NCBI GenBank assembly: GCA_964187785.1
Contig: OZ076413.1
Location: 43,278,001-43,342,000, forward strand
DNA length: 64,000 nucleotides
Direction of reading: 5' to 3'
Origin: Amphiscolops sp. MND2022
Lineage: Eukaryota
Shown here: positions 20,801-29,380 of the stretch, piece after piece
How the letters are laid out: each line of letters begins with the position of its first letter
How positions within the stretch are numbered: the stretch's first letter is position 1
Program-made: the position numbers and the translations under genes
The notes under the pieces: model-generated
The model's input: the letters and a program-made list of their open reading frames with translations, nothing else
Databases searched by the model: none
Told to the model about the DNA's origin: nothing

Positions 20801-21950
20801 GCTCGGAAAACGCTCCAAATGTTCGGAAAAAGCTTGTTGAGCCTCATGGGACCGCTTTTTTGAGCATCACCTTCCTCCTTAGTAAAAAGAGGTAGTTCTG
20901 GCTATGTAGTTTTGGTATAACATCAACAGATCAGATGTTGCGCAATCTTTTCGAACCTCCACCTCTTAGTTAGTGAACGCTACTTACTTTGGATATAATG
21001 TCAAAAAAATGGGATCTAGCGTGCTCGGCTACGATGGCCGCAGAAGTGTCTTGTTGAGATTGTACAAAAAATGGAACTTTGATTGTGAGTTTGTAACCTG
21101 ACAAAAAAACTTGCTATTGAAATATTGCTAGACTGCGCCCACTAAAAGGAAGTCGCAAAGGTGTGAACGAAGTAGAAACGTTTCACTTAGAACTTGAGCG
21201 TCTAACTGCTACACTCCAGCTTCATCAGAGAAAACCATTTCAATTTAAGCAACAATATAGTAATTTTGGTAATCAAGTTATCGTTTTTTTCTGCCTTTTT
21301 GATTTTTTACACAAAGTTTCGTACGAAGTTTTATATTCTGACGAAACCAAGAAAAATAGTTCAGAAACCAAACAAAAAAGCACAAATATAGGCAGCGACT
21401 GAAACTACAAGAAAAACAGCCCGGTTCAGATATTCCTGGTAAGGTTTTTTTGCAATCTTACGGCCCCGGGTTCTTCTTTTCTTTCGATAGTTTGGAGGAA
21501 CTTCCGGTACTTGCAAGACCACAAAGATGCGTTGACAAATTCATCGTTATGGCAGAATGTTATCAGAATCTTCGATGGTTCGCTTCATACCCCTCAGTTT
21601 GCTTCATACGGCTGGTCTAAGTTACTTCCTTGAGTGACATGTTCAAAATCACGTGACTAGTGGTAATTATCTGCAAGAATCATTAAGTACCCCAATAGTT
21701 TTTTTGAGGAACTTTAGTAAAGGCAATCTTGACTATATCCAGTCACTAAAAACTGTTTCATTCGTTTCAAGATTATGTGGGCTGGCACTGAAACAATTGC
21801 ATGCAAGCACAGACATTGCAACGAACAGAAGCACTTTGTGTACCTGTGCTACTACTACCCATCAGGACTTGTACCTGGGCAACAAGTTATGTCATCTGAC
21901 AATTACATTCGGCTAATCAAGAAAGGAGAAAACATACCCAGTTGTGACAG
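2770..21950 (+). CDS. CAP/SCP/PR-1 (CRISP/allergen-like) domain protein, multi-exon gene; 3' end not resolved
   Basis: Phase-compatible GT-AG exons 2770-2849, 3108-3230, 3347-3467, 3608-3713, 17405-17482, 17545-17720 and 21772-21950 give one stop-free frame with CAP motifs in order: HNEYR..GLNSLEWNKTLA, GSNL, KWY..KEHY, AHFLQ|IMWAGT, VYLCYYYPSG. Confidence 0.85.
3108..3230 (+). CDS. CAP gene exon 2
   Basis: Pyrimidine tract plus TTTAG acceptor; open frame MRLHMAS...NYMIRK; weak donor CA|GTCACA, phase 2. Confidence 0.55.
3347..3467 (+). CDS. CAP gene exon 3
   Basis: TTTTCCATCCTAG acceptor; GWQLFGKPGVGRRG...YKCLE; donor GAG|GTGAAC, phase 0. Confidence 0.7.
3608..3713 (+). CDS. CAP gene exon 4 (start of CAP domain)
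   Basis: TTTTAG acceptor; FEKGSPQFLDRQVMNKHNEYRNYAGLNSLEWNKTL; donor G|GTTAAT, phase 1. Confidence 0.85.
3812..4226. mobile_element. MITE with ~35-bp TIRs and perfect 8-bp TSD (Merlin- or hAT-type)
   Basis: GGCTCTTTTCTG..CCCCCCCACCACCAAA / TTTGGTGGTGGGGGGGGGACAGAAAAGAGCC; GTAATATG at 3804-3811 and 4227-4234. Confidence 0.85.
4453..6125 (+). repeat. 5' LTR of Gypsy B
   Basis: TGTCGCATCCCT...GATTATCACA; roughly 90% identical by eye to 15274-16944. Confidence 0.92.
5557..6965 (+). pseudogene. gag: Gypsy B gag remnant starting inside the 5' LTR
   Basis: MGNRRNRR...DDYH|MVTG...FEYFEDLFHT..RMQPNLPEEMKINRFHAH...QYCKDA, with stops and frameshifts; cut at the start of a probable zinc knuckle. Confidence 0.75.
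6126..6138 (+). promoter_or_regulatory. PBS TGGTGACAGGAGT (tRNA-Leu-like)
   Basis: Abuts the LTR end; one mismatch from the tRNA-Leu complement TGGTGTCAGGAGT; absent after the 3' LTR. Confidence 0.75.
10435..10452 (-). promoter_or_regulatory. PBS TGGTGACCCCGACGTGAT (tRNA-Trp)
   Basis: 18-nt sequence identical to the classical tRNA-Trp PBS, just upstream of BEL gag. Confidence 0.9.
10453..10780 (-). repeat. Candidate 5' LTR of BEL/Pao 1
   Basis: Non-coding segment between the PBS and the resumption of Gypsy integrase; minus strand starts TGTCAATG at 10780; inner boundary approximate. Confidence 0.6.
10781..11694 (+). pseudogene. Gypsy B integrase C-terminal remnant (GPY/F-type module and tail)
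   Basis: SRVFHGRIP...KYKAYYDRKAKAAPL...FRWCGLYKV (GPY/F-like)...LHRIRHRKF...HNLRP. Confidence 0.85.
11870..12965 (-). pseudogene. Antisense extra ORF of Gypsy B; resembles the C-terminal half of a hAT/ZNF862-like transposase
   Basis: Three consecutive minus-strand frames (12492-12953, 12220-12423 plus upstream, 12044-12277) join with two frameshifts into ~300+ aa; family assignment by eye only. Confidence 0.55.
13357..13615. repeat. Degenerate ~33-36-bp tandem array rich in TATGCG/TACGCA
   Basis: AATATGCGTAAA at ~13411 and ~13483, AACATGCGT ~13549; AACAAAATRCAGCAGTAT at ~13447 and ~13513; begins with hairpin TACGCAT-n7-ATGCGTA. Confidence 0.65.
14364..15287 (+). CDS. Orphan extra ORF of Gypsy B at the env position
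   Basis: 307 stop-free codons (first in-frame ATG 14508); Pro/Ser/Thr-rich N-half, C-terminal domain with HCDLCGKC; reads through the PPT and stops inside the 3' LTR. Confidence 0.65.
   Translation: MPVFPHFTRCGGHLKWIGRCFFHCTWKRYATEGKFPDKPAGSNLISAFMGSTVDTLLPNTSSTVEHNETTNTSGTQLKRDSMELMGDTQYEQAATPSSFMESELEEGNLFPWTVEGGLNENTNSYGRPTARIPPTPRADSNNRGSLPRPIPTPLLNHRADSTNFQYLQTGQSKELEVRGNRARPQETTSGIVPVFSLSPILFPLTMGDWLHPVQLVFPFNTTHITKFLLIPAHERQKIRLLLLLVAGHCDLCGKCYKQIALETLREYLVATEYEGETVKVKAIRSRAFIHGFEAALFLFKKAGLSHP
15261..15273 (+). promoter_or_regulatory. Polypurine tract of Gypsy B
   Basis: AAAAAAGCGGGAC directly before the TG of the 3' LTR; absent before the 5' LTR. Confidence 0.75.
15274..16944 (+). 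repeat. 3' LTR of Gypsy B
   Basis: TGTCGCATCCCT...GATTATCACA, direct repeat of 4453-6125. Confidence 0.92.
17405..17482 (+). CDS. CAP gene exon 5
   Basis: CCCTTTTTCAG acceptor, phase 1 completing WNKTL-A-IKAEE; donor G|GTAAGA. Confidence 0.85.
17545..17720 (+). CDS. CAP gene exon 6
   Basis: 62-nt intron; GSNLGK...IQKWYLTKEHYIYNG...SAHFLQ; donor CAG|GTTTGT. Confidence 0.85.
17924..18350. mobile_element. Mutator/MULE-type MITE with 17-bp tandem units in the TIRs
   Basis: TIR GGGGGCGGTGCACTAACCCGACGGTTCACTAA / TTAGTGAACCGTCGGCTTAGGGCGCCGCTCCC; 9-bp TSD GCCAGAAAC / GCCAAAAAC; unit CCGACGGTTCACTAAG(C) x3 on the left. Confidence 0.8.
19008..19148. mobile_element. 141-bp palindromic MITE (CCC...GGG termini, AA flanks; CMC/EnSpm-like)
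   Basis: CCCGGGTCGACCCTC / GAGGGTCAACCCGGG; internal CAAGATCTTG motifs. Confidence 0.7.
21772..21950 (+). CDS. CAP gene exon 7
   Basis: TTTCAAG acceptor; IMWAGTETIACKHRHCNEQKHFVYLCYYYPSG...PSCD; possible donor AG|GTTGGT, otherwise the frame runs to the stop at 22071. Confidence 0.85.
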
Positions 21951-22812
21951 GTTGGTCTTTAGTTTTTGGACTTGTAGCTCGAAATGGAAGCTCCTCTTAA
22001 TCTTAAGTTTCCCCCATGTTTTTTTCATGACTTATAATTTTTTATGGAGTTCCGTAGTCCCCAAAAATTAGTAATTTGAAGGAACATACGCTGACACCAT
22101 TGATGATGATCTTTTAAAGGGGCGCCTTGCCCGTTTTTTGATTTAAAACCTTGCGCAAAGACATATTCATATTAAAAACAGTCTCTGTTCGAAATATCTG
22201 ACAATTGCTGCAATAGTTTTGAAAGTTCGAAGACATTACCAGAGAGTACTTGAAAATTATGCAAATGTATGAGTTCCACTTCCTCTAAATTAATAAATCA
22301 GCACTGTAACGGAGTTTATTGTTTTAGCAAAATCGAAAACATCCGGAAAGAAATACTAAGACGTATGCAAAACGCAAGTGGCATTTTCCACTGGCAAACA
22401 ACTGCTCGTTGGTTCCTATTGATTACTCCAAGCTTCAAATTTTTCGGATGATTGACAGCAGTGTTTCCAGAAAACGAGAAGGCACGTGAGTCTTTTTCAG
22501 ATCACTTATCAAGATCAGCATAATCGATGCTCCTGAGCAAATCTATGAAGGGAACCCTATGATCAAAGCAGTTTTGTTAAAATTTATACATGAAATTAGA
22601 AGATCGATGGTTTTCATACGTTTCGATTCAGGGTTTTTGTAATGACAAATGGTAGATAAAATTTTTAAGAGTAGTTTCATCTTTTTTTTTTCAATTAAAA
22701 AAATCCCAGTTCAATCAGGTAAGAGCTGACACAGTTACATTTGAAGAGCTGCTCGTGTTGACCTTTTAGTTTATACAGTGTTTCCATTAAAGGAAACTTG
22801 TTGCCATTAATA

Positions 22813-23975
22813 CCCTAGTTAAAAATACAAATCTAGCAAGAATCTTGCAAGATGTCTTGCAAGATCTTGCAAGACAATGTATTCTTCTGGCAGGTTTCTT
22901 GCAAGATTCTTACAAGATATACCTCATCTTGCAAGATTCTTGCAAGATGAACCTTTAGCGTGCAAGATTCTTGCGAGACAAACATTTCTTTTGCAAGATT
23001 CTTGCAAGATATGCAATTTCTAGATTGTTGTGTTCAGCATGTTCCAAGAAGTCCTTGTAGCATGCTTCAGCCTTTGAAGTCCTAGTTTGACAGACAACCG
23101 TATGGCCTTTTTTGGACTTTCGAACAAAAATTACACTATTATTCTTTGAAGCAATAATTCTAGGTTAACTCAAATTAATGAAATCCAATAACTTATAACT
23201 TAGTAAATTAATTAACAGAAAATGGCTCGATTTTTACCCGCAACCCAATTAATAGGCATCAAAAACTGCAGATAAACAGTTGAAGAGAGTGATTCTAATT
23301 TTCTTGACGATTTGAAGGTTTCCAAGCTGAAAAAAAAACATCATGCAAGTGCTTTAAAAGCTAAGTGGTCTGGGCTAAGTGTAATTGATTTGAGATTGAG
23401 AGTTTCCACGGTATCTTGGTAGAGCCTTCCTTGTTTATTTTTCACAAAGTGGTCAAAAACAAGTTCGTGGGTTTTTTTTCGAAATTTTGGTGCCGGTACT
23501 TGTAATTTTTACTCAACTCCGAGGTTTGTCTGTTTCATTGATTTTTTATTCGTTTTTTAACGCACCGATCAAAAAGAACTGGAGGAAAAACTAGTCTCTG
23601 CAAGAGCCGGGTTTTTTCCCTGGAAAGGTCGGCTGTATTGAGACTTAGTAACTGTAACTTTTGGGACCTTTTGCTCCTAAAGCGCCATTTATCTATTTAT
23701 GATTGTGTCTGTGTTTATCTCTCTCTAGAAGCGAAAATAGACAAAAAACTCTCCAGTGCACGTGTTGGTTATTTTTAGTGTTTTTTTAGCCAAAATTTGC
23801 TCTTCGTTTGATGTATTTCTTGCAAAAATATGACAGAAAAAGAATCTTGCAGGAAATATTTTTTCTATCAGGTTCTTGCAAGAGATATATTTTCTGGCAC
23901 AATCTTGTAAGATTTGTTTTTTTTGTCAAGATCTTGCTGGAATCTCGCAAGAATTGTGTTTAATTTCAACCAGGT
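22813..23975. mobile_element. Non-autonomous DNA transposon with TCTTGCAAGA subterminal arrays (CMC/EnSpm-like)
   Basis: CCCTAGTTAAAAAT / ATTTCAACCAGGT ends; many palindromic TCTTGCAAGA copies at both ends. Confidence 0.7.
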
Positions 23976-26165
23976 GAACACGGTCATGCAATGGTTGAAT
24001 TGGTTCCATGTACATAGGTATGTTCATTGTATGAACTGCATGTTTTATTTATGGCCATTGTATGACTTATAGTAGAACTGAGTATTTTATATTTCTAAGG
24101 AACTTTTTGAATAGTAATGGCCTTCTGCCGTACAATCTGAAGCTCGAACCGGAGATCCGTGAAATGACCTCGGTTATCATACACGGATACATCTATATAA
24201 TCTTTTGATATGCAAGCAGAAGTTTCAACTACTTATACCTCAGCATTAATTCTTTAGTTACAGCCATTTCTACTTTTCAGTGAAGTTCGTGCTTCCTTCG
24301 AAATCAATCTTTGTTTGAAAAAACAGTATTTCATGCCAAAACAAGACGGGAACGTCCCAATCGGCGCCATATCTAAGGCTCAAAACTATTCAAGGAACGA
24401 CTATTGGAAACATGAAATTTTTTTTTCAAAAAAATTATTTTTGGAAAAAAAATTCGAAAAGAAGTTTTTCGAAAAAAAGTCGCACAATGCCGAAAAACTC
24501 ATAAAGAGGCCATTCAGGCTCATTTAACCGAAAACTTCAAAAAATGAAATGGGGTACCCTTTGATAGAATCCGAAAATTTTCGAAAAAAAATCGCGTAGT
24601 GCCGAAAAAAACCAAACAAAAAAACCTTTGGTCTCGCATCTACTTTTGGAAGTATACAAAAAGTTGTGCTATAGTGCGAGAATCAAACTCACTATCTCCT
24701 GCTTCTCAGAAAATTAGTTGAACAAATGAACAAAAGATTTTAAAATAGTGGACCATTCAGATTGAGATTGTCAGCTGAAAAAGAAAATGTCGCATAGTGC
24801 CGAAAAATGTAAAAGAGGGGACCCTTTGGCCTTTATTAACATATATTATGTTGCAAAATGACTCGAAAAGGGGGAGGCTTTTGAGACATTAAAAAATTTT
24901 CGAAAAAAGTCGCACAATGTCGAAAAAAAATTGAAAAAAATTGACCCTTTAGTCTCGTCCGGTTTTGTAGGATACGTTAAAAAAGTAAAAAATGAAAGTA
25001 GGGATCCTTTTGCACTAATTTCGGCTGACCGGACTTGGCCTTATGGTAGTAGTTTTAGTAGTTTCGATTGTAAGAAAAGTGGGCCAATCAGAGTGAGATT
25101 GTAGTCTGACGAAAAAAAAGGATAAAACTACCCACTGTAATTGTTGCAGGCTGTGCATCACAACCAACAACGACCGGACAGGAGGCCGTACCCGGCACTT
25201 TGCCGATATTTTAAAACTGACTCTGAGAATAAACTTTTACCACACGTATTATTAAGGTTTCACGTTCTATACACAATTTTTATTAGTCTGTTAAAAGTAC
25301 GATTTTGGTAGTTCAAATCAAGTTTTTGAAGTTTGTTGATAAATGCTAAGCATGAATTGAAACAGTGCAAGCAGAGTACAACTATACAGCAGTAAAGGAA
25401 ACACGTTCAAGTGACGTAACGCTTTACTCCGTAAGCATCACTTGAGCGCGTAGCCTTGTCCAATCAGATCGCAGTATTTTTTGTGCTAGAACGAATGCGT
25501 TAGTGTCCTAATAAGGCCCTTTGACGTAATCTCTCAGCTCTTGACTAGTGCTTTAGTCAAACGGCCATTTTATATATTTGACGCTTTGATACCAACCATC
25601 CTTTTGATTGATTAATATTAGTACGCTGACGCTAAATAACTACTCCGATGAAAGAATATCTTCGTTGCTGCAAATTTATTATCATGGGACTGTTAAGGAC
25701 ATTTAACCAAACTTTGATGGTGCCTATTTAATAACAAGACAATAAGCCCGTTCGGAACCACTTGTGGAAAACGCTGTATTAGCTGTGCCAGAGTGTTTTG
25801 TCCCGGGCTACTTTGCTCAATGTAGTACTTGATATTATCCAGATAAAATCATAATCTTATACGGGTTCATACATGTAATCATATATTTTGTGCTTAGATT
25901 GATTCAGCAGAGTGCACGTGGCACGTGCCAATGTTACATTCCGCACATAGCGTCAAATGTTTGTTGACAATTTTCAGATGAATGTGTTTGCTAGCATAGA
26001 ATAATTTGTTTGAAGTTGTGGCTGATATACTAATATTTGGTGGAAATGTTGTTATTGTGATTCCCAAGGAATGTGTAATACTAGAGGAATGGTTTGTTAT
26101 GACGTTTTAGATATGTTGTTTTACCCGCGTAATATGTAAAATATGTGAGTGTCACCCTCTCAGGG

Positions 26166-26187
26166 GTATATATATATGTATATGTAT

Positions 26188-26226
<39 letters not shown>

Positions 26227-26229
26227 TAT

Positions 26230-26267
<38 letters not shown>

Positions 26268-26275
26268 CATGATGT

Positions 26276-26324
<49 letters not shown>

Positions 26325-26383
26325 TATATATAAAAATACATATATATATAAACATATCGGTATTATAAATATAAACATATATA
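26166..26383. repeat. (TA)n microsatellite
   Basis: Long imperfect TA runs ending at the gap. Confidence 0.95.
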
Positions 26384-26583
26384 NNNNNNNNNNNNNNNNN
26401 NNNNNNNNNNNNNNNNNNNNNNNNNNNNNNNNNNNNNNNNNNNNNNNNNNNNNNNNNNNNNNNNNNNNNNNNNNNNNNNNNNNNNNNNNNNNNNNNNNNN
26501 NNNNNNNNNNNNNNNNNNNNNNNNNNNNNNNNNNNNNNNNNNNNNNNNNNNNNNNNNNNNNNNNNNNNNNNNNNNNNNNNNNN
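26384..26583. other. Assembly gap (200 N)
   Basis: Run of N. Confidence 0.99.
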
Positions 26584-29380
26584 ATCGGTTTTCTCCTGGA
26601 GAAGGATATAAATTTTACTCACCTTTCCCAGTGCAGTTTGTTAAAATAGCCATTTTTACTATACAACGCTTAAAATTCTGTTGTCCGATTTGAATCATTC
26701 AATATTTTGCTCGGATTTCTTCAATGCCTACTACCAGAAAGCAAAAGAAAGGTAGAAAGTCTAGGTTACTTGAAATACTTTCAGACATTGAAATTTTAGA
26801 TATAATGTAAGGTGAGAGGCACTCTGAAGGAGAGTAATGTGTTACTAGCAATTCAGCCAGAAAGCCTGAAAGAGCCAACAGTAACACGTTTGAGAATAAT
26901 GATGAGGACGCTTATTTGATCCACAGAGAAATGGGATTCGGTAAAAATACCGACCCAGGACATAATTCAGCCAGTGGCAATTCAGGCGCTGAAATCAATA
27001 AATTATCAAGTGAATTAAACTCGAGGTTGTCTAGGGAGATGGACGAAATGATGACTAGTGTCAATGTGCAGATCCAAAGGGCTATCAGTGATGCGATTAG
27101 TAATCAACTGTTGCCTCAGATTCAAAATGCTTTAAAATTTGGATCAGGCCACTTGACGCGAAACAGATGGAACGTTCCGGTCGAGAGACCGGGAATTGAT
27201 TCCAAAGACAACCGCTATAAGATTAGAGAAAATTCGAGAAGTGAGCCAGTCCGTGAAGGTCCTAATGGCGAATTCACAGACCAAGCTTACGACAGTAATA
27301 GTCGGGTTTTTTCCTTAAGGGAAAGGGCGCCGGCTAAAAAATTACCCACTGTAATAGTCGGGCTTTTTTCCTCAAGGGAAAAGGCGCCGACTAAAAATGG
27401 CAAATTGTGAATGTGAGGTTTCGATATTGGTTTTTTGTTAAAGAGCAGTCTACAATTCATCAACGTGAGCGTTATTTGACTACGTTATGCTAATTCACCA
27501 TATATGGAAAACATTTAATTCACGAAAAACCATTCTTTGGTCATTGTACTATTTTTGTCTCATGCATGGTCATTGTTGTATAACTGAGCTGTTTTCAAGC
27601 ATCACCATGTGTGAGTTTTATGATCTAGATTTTTTCTACGGAGGTCAACACGGGTCTGCACTCTTGCGAGAAAAAAATGAAGCAGTTGCCTAATGGCCGT
27701 TTCTATCAAAAGTAATACTTCATAATATACTTCGTCATACTATCAAAAGTTGATATTTCTGCAGTTATTTCAGCAAGATGAAGAATTGCAGATTGCATGA
27801 ATTACACAACAGATGACATTTTCAGAAAATGACTGACGCAGAGAATGATGAGAAGTTTGAGCGGAAACATAACACTTGGATTCAAAAATATCATATTGTC
27901 CTAATTTCAAAAACAGTGAAAGAAACTCCAAATGGTTGATTTTTGTCAGTACACCCAGCATTTTTTTCATACCATTAGGATCTGAACAAAATTCCATTTT
28001 CGGTGTTCAAATAAATGCGCTGAACAACGTTCCAATTGAAGAAGACAATTGTCTTTGTATGCCAAAATTTGTATGCAAAACAATAAAAGTATTTCTCGAT
28101 GGAGGGTAACCATTTGGAACAGTTTATCGAATGGCATGAAAAACTGAGGTATTTTGTATCGATCATGTTTTGAAATTTATGTTAACAAAGAAATCATTTT
28201 TCATGAATCCCAGAAAAATCCACACACTGAGATACAAAAAGTATTTATGTCTTTGATAATTACGTAACTCCCTTGCTTAATTTCACGAAATCCATTTTCA
28301 AACAACTTGAAAACAGCCACAAATACGAAAAATTATCAAAAAAACATAGAAATTTCTCTAGCTTTCAAATTTTTCAAAAAAAAAAACAAGTTTAGGGGAG
28401 ATTTTTTTTCTGATCAGTAGTTTTTGAGATATTGCGCTATAAAATTTTTAAAAATCCGAAATTTTTCTTAATGAGCTCGGCAATTCTGATCCCTATCTTG
28501 AGCCAGGGTATTTACACTGATTAGTTTTTATCCCTGTCGTGAGCATCATCAAGAAACAATGTTACAAAAAATCCTTACGAACCTGGAAACATTTTAGTCT
28601 GAAAAAAAATCAAACAGAAAAATTTAAAGGTCTAAAAATTGAAACAGTATTTGAGTATCATATCTGAAAAATTATCAAATTTTCCCTTAACCAGATACGA
28701 AATGGTTTCAAAACTCTTAGCATTGGAACTCAAAACAGGCAAACAAGAAATAGAAGTCTAAACATTTGGAACCTCCTCACAGAAAATGATAGGCTAGATT
28801 CTCGTGCAATAATACTCATCAAAACCTTTTGCCAGTGGGGTGTTTTACCTACTGACGAACTGATAAGCGAAATGAAAGACGATTTTTTTCAAAGTTTCTA
28901 CCACCAAATTGCAGATCTTTACCTTTTTGGTAATGGTGAATTAATTGATCTCATTTACAATTAAATTTTCTTGGCTGGATAGATAGAAACTGTTGAATAA
29001 AAGTCAAATCTCGACCACATTAAAAAATAAAAACAAAAAACAAAAAAATGTTTCAAAAATTTCCTCTCGAAAAGCTTCTGTGGCTACAGGAAGTTTTTTC
29101 AGGGGCTATAATCTTTTTTGTGCTTAGATGTTGATATTTCTCTACCATTTTATATAACATATCTTGTACTCAAATTATGAAACATTATCTACAGTGCACC
29201 CTGATAAATTCAATTGTTTCTATATTATTATTTAATGGATTATTCCTGAATACAAATTCATATGGAAAAAAATCATGAAACAAGGAACTAAACAATGGCA
29301 AAAACTTTCTAATATAGTCATCTCTGCTTATATACGGATCAAACTTCTCGAAGAACTTTTCTGCGAGTTGAAGAAGGTAT

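Larger units (their letters stand above)
25142..27294 (+). mobile_element. Solo LTR (Gypsy type) with perfect 5-bp TSD; spans the scaffold gap
   Basis: TGTTGCAGG...TTACGACA; GTAAT at 25137-25141 and 27295-27299; gag-like frame from ATG 26724 (MPTTRKQKK...) to the LTR end. Confidence 0.8.
24340..27395 (-). mobile_element. HINE/Helentron-type repeat (family A), split by a solo LTR
   Basis: Starts AAACAAGACGGGAACGTCC..TCGGCGCCATATCTAAGGCTCAAAA; terminal hairpin AGTCGGGC...GCGCCGACTAAAA resumes at 27295, duplicated. Confidence 0.65.

Noticed and set aside
22050..24340. Terminal exon candidates for the CAP gene (~22058, ~22072, ~24281)
   Set aside because: Several weak acceptors give short unremarkable peptides; cannot choose without transcript data.
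24665..24710. tRNA-like segment on the minus strand
   Set aside because: Only a degenerate B-box-like stretch inside a repeat; no cloverleaf.
26149..26649. YI-repeat ORFs on both strands
   Set aside because: Artefacts of the (TA)n tract and the N gap.
27800..29000. Possible hAT transposase debris (CIDH motif)
   Set aside because: Too fragmented; no TIRs or further motifs could be confirmed.
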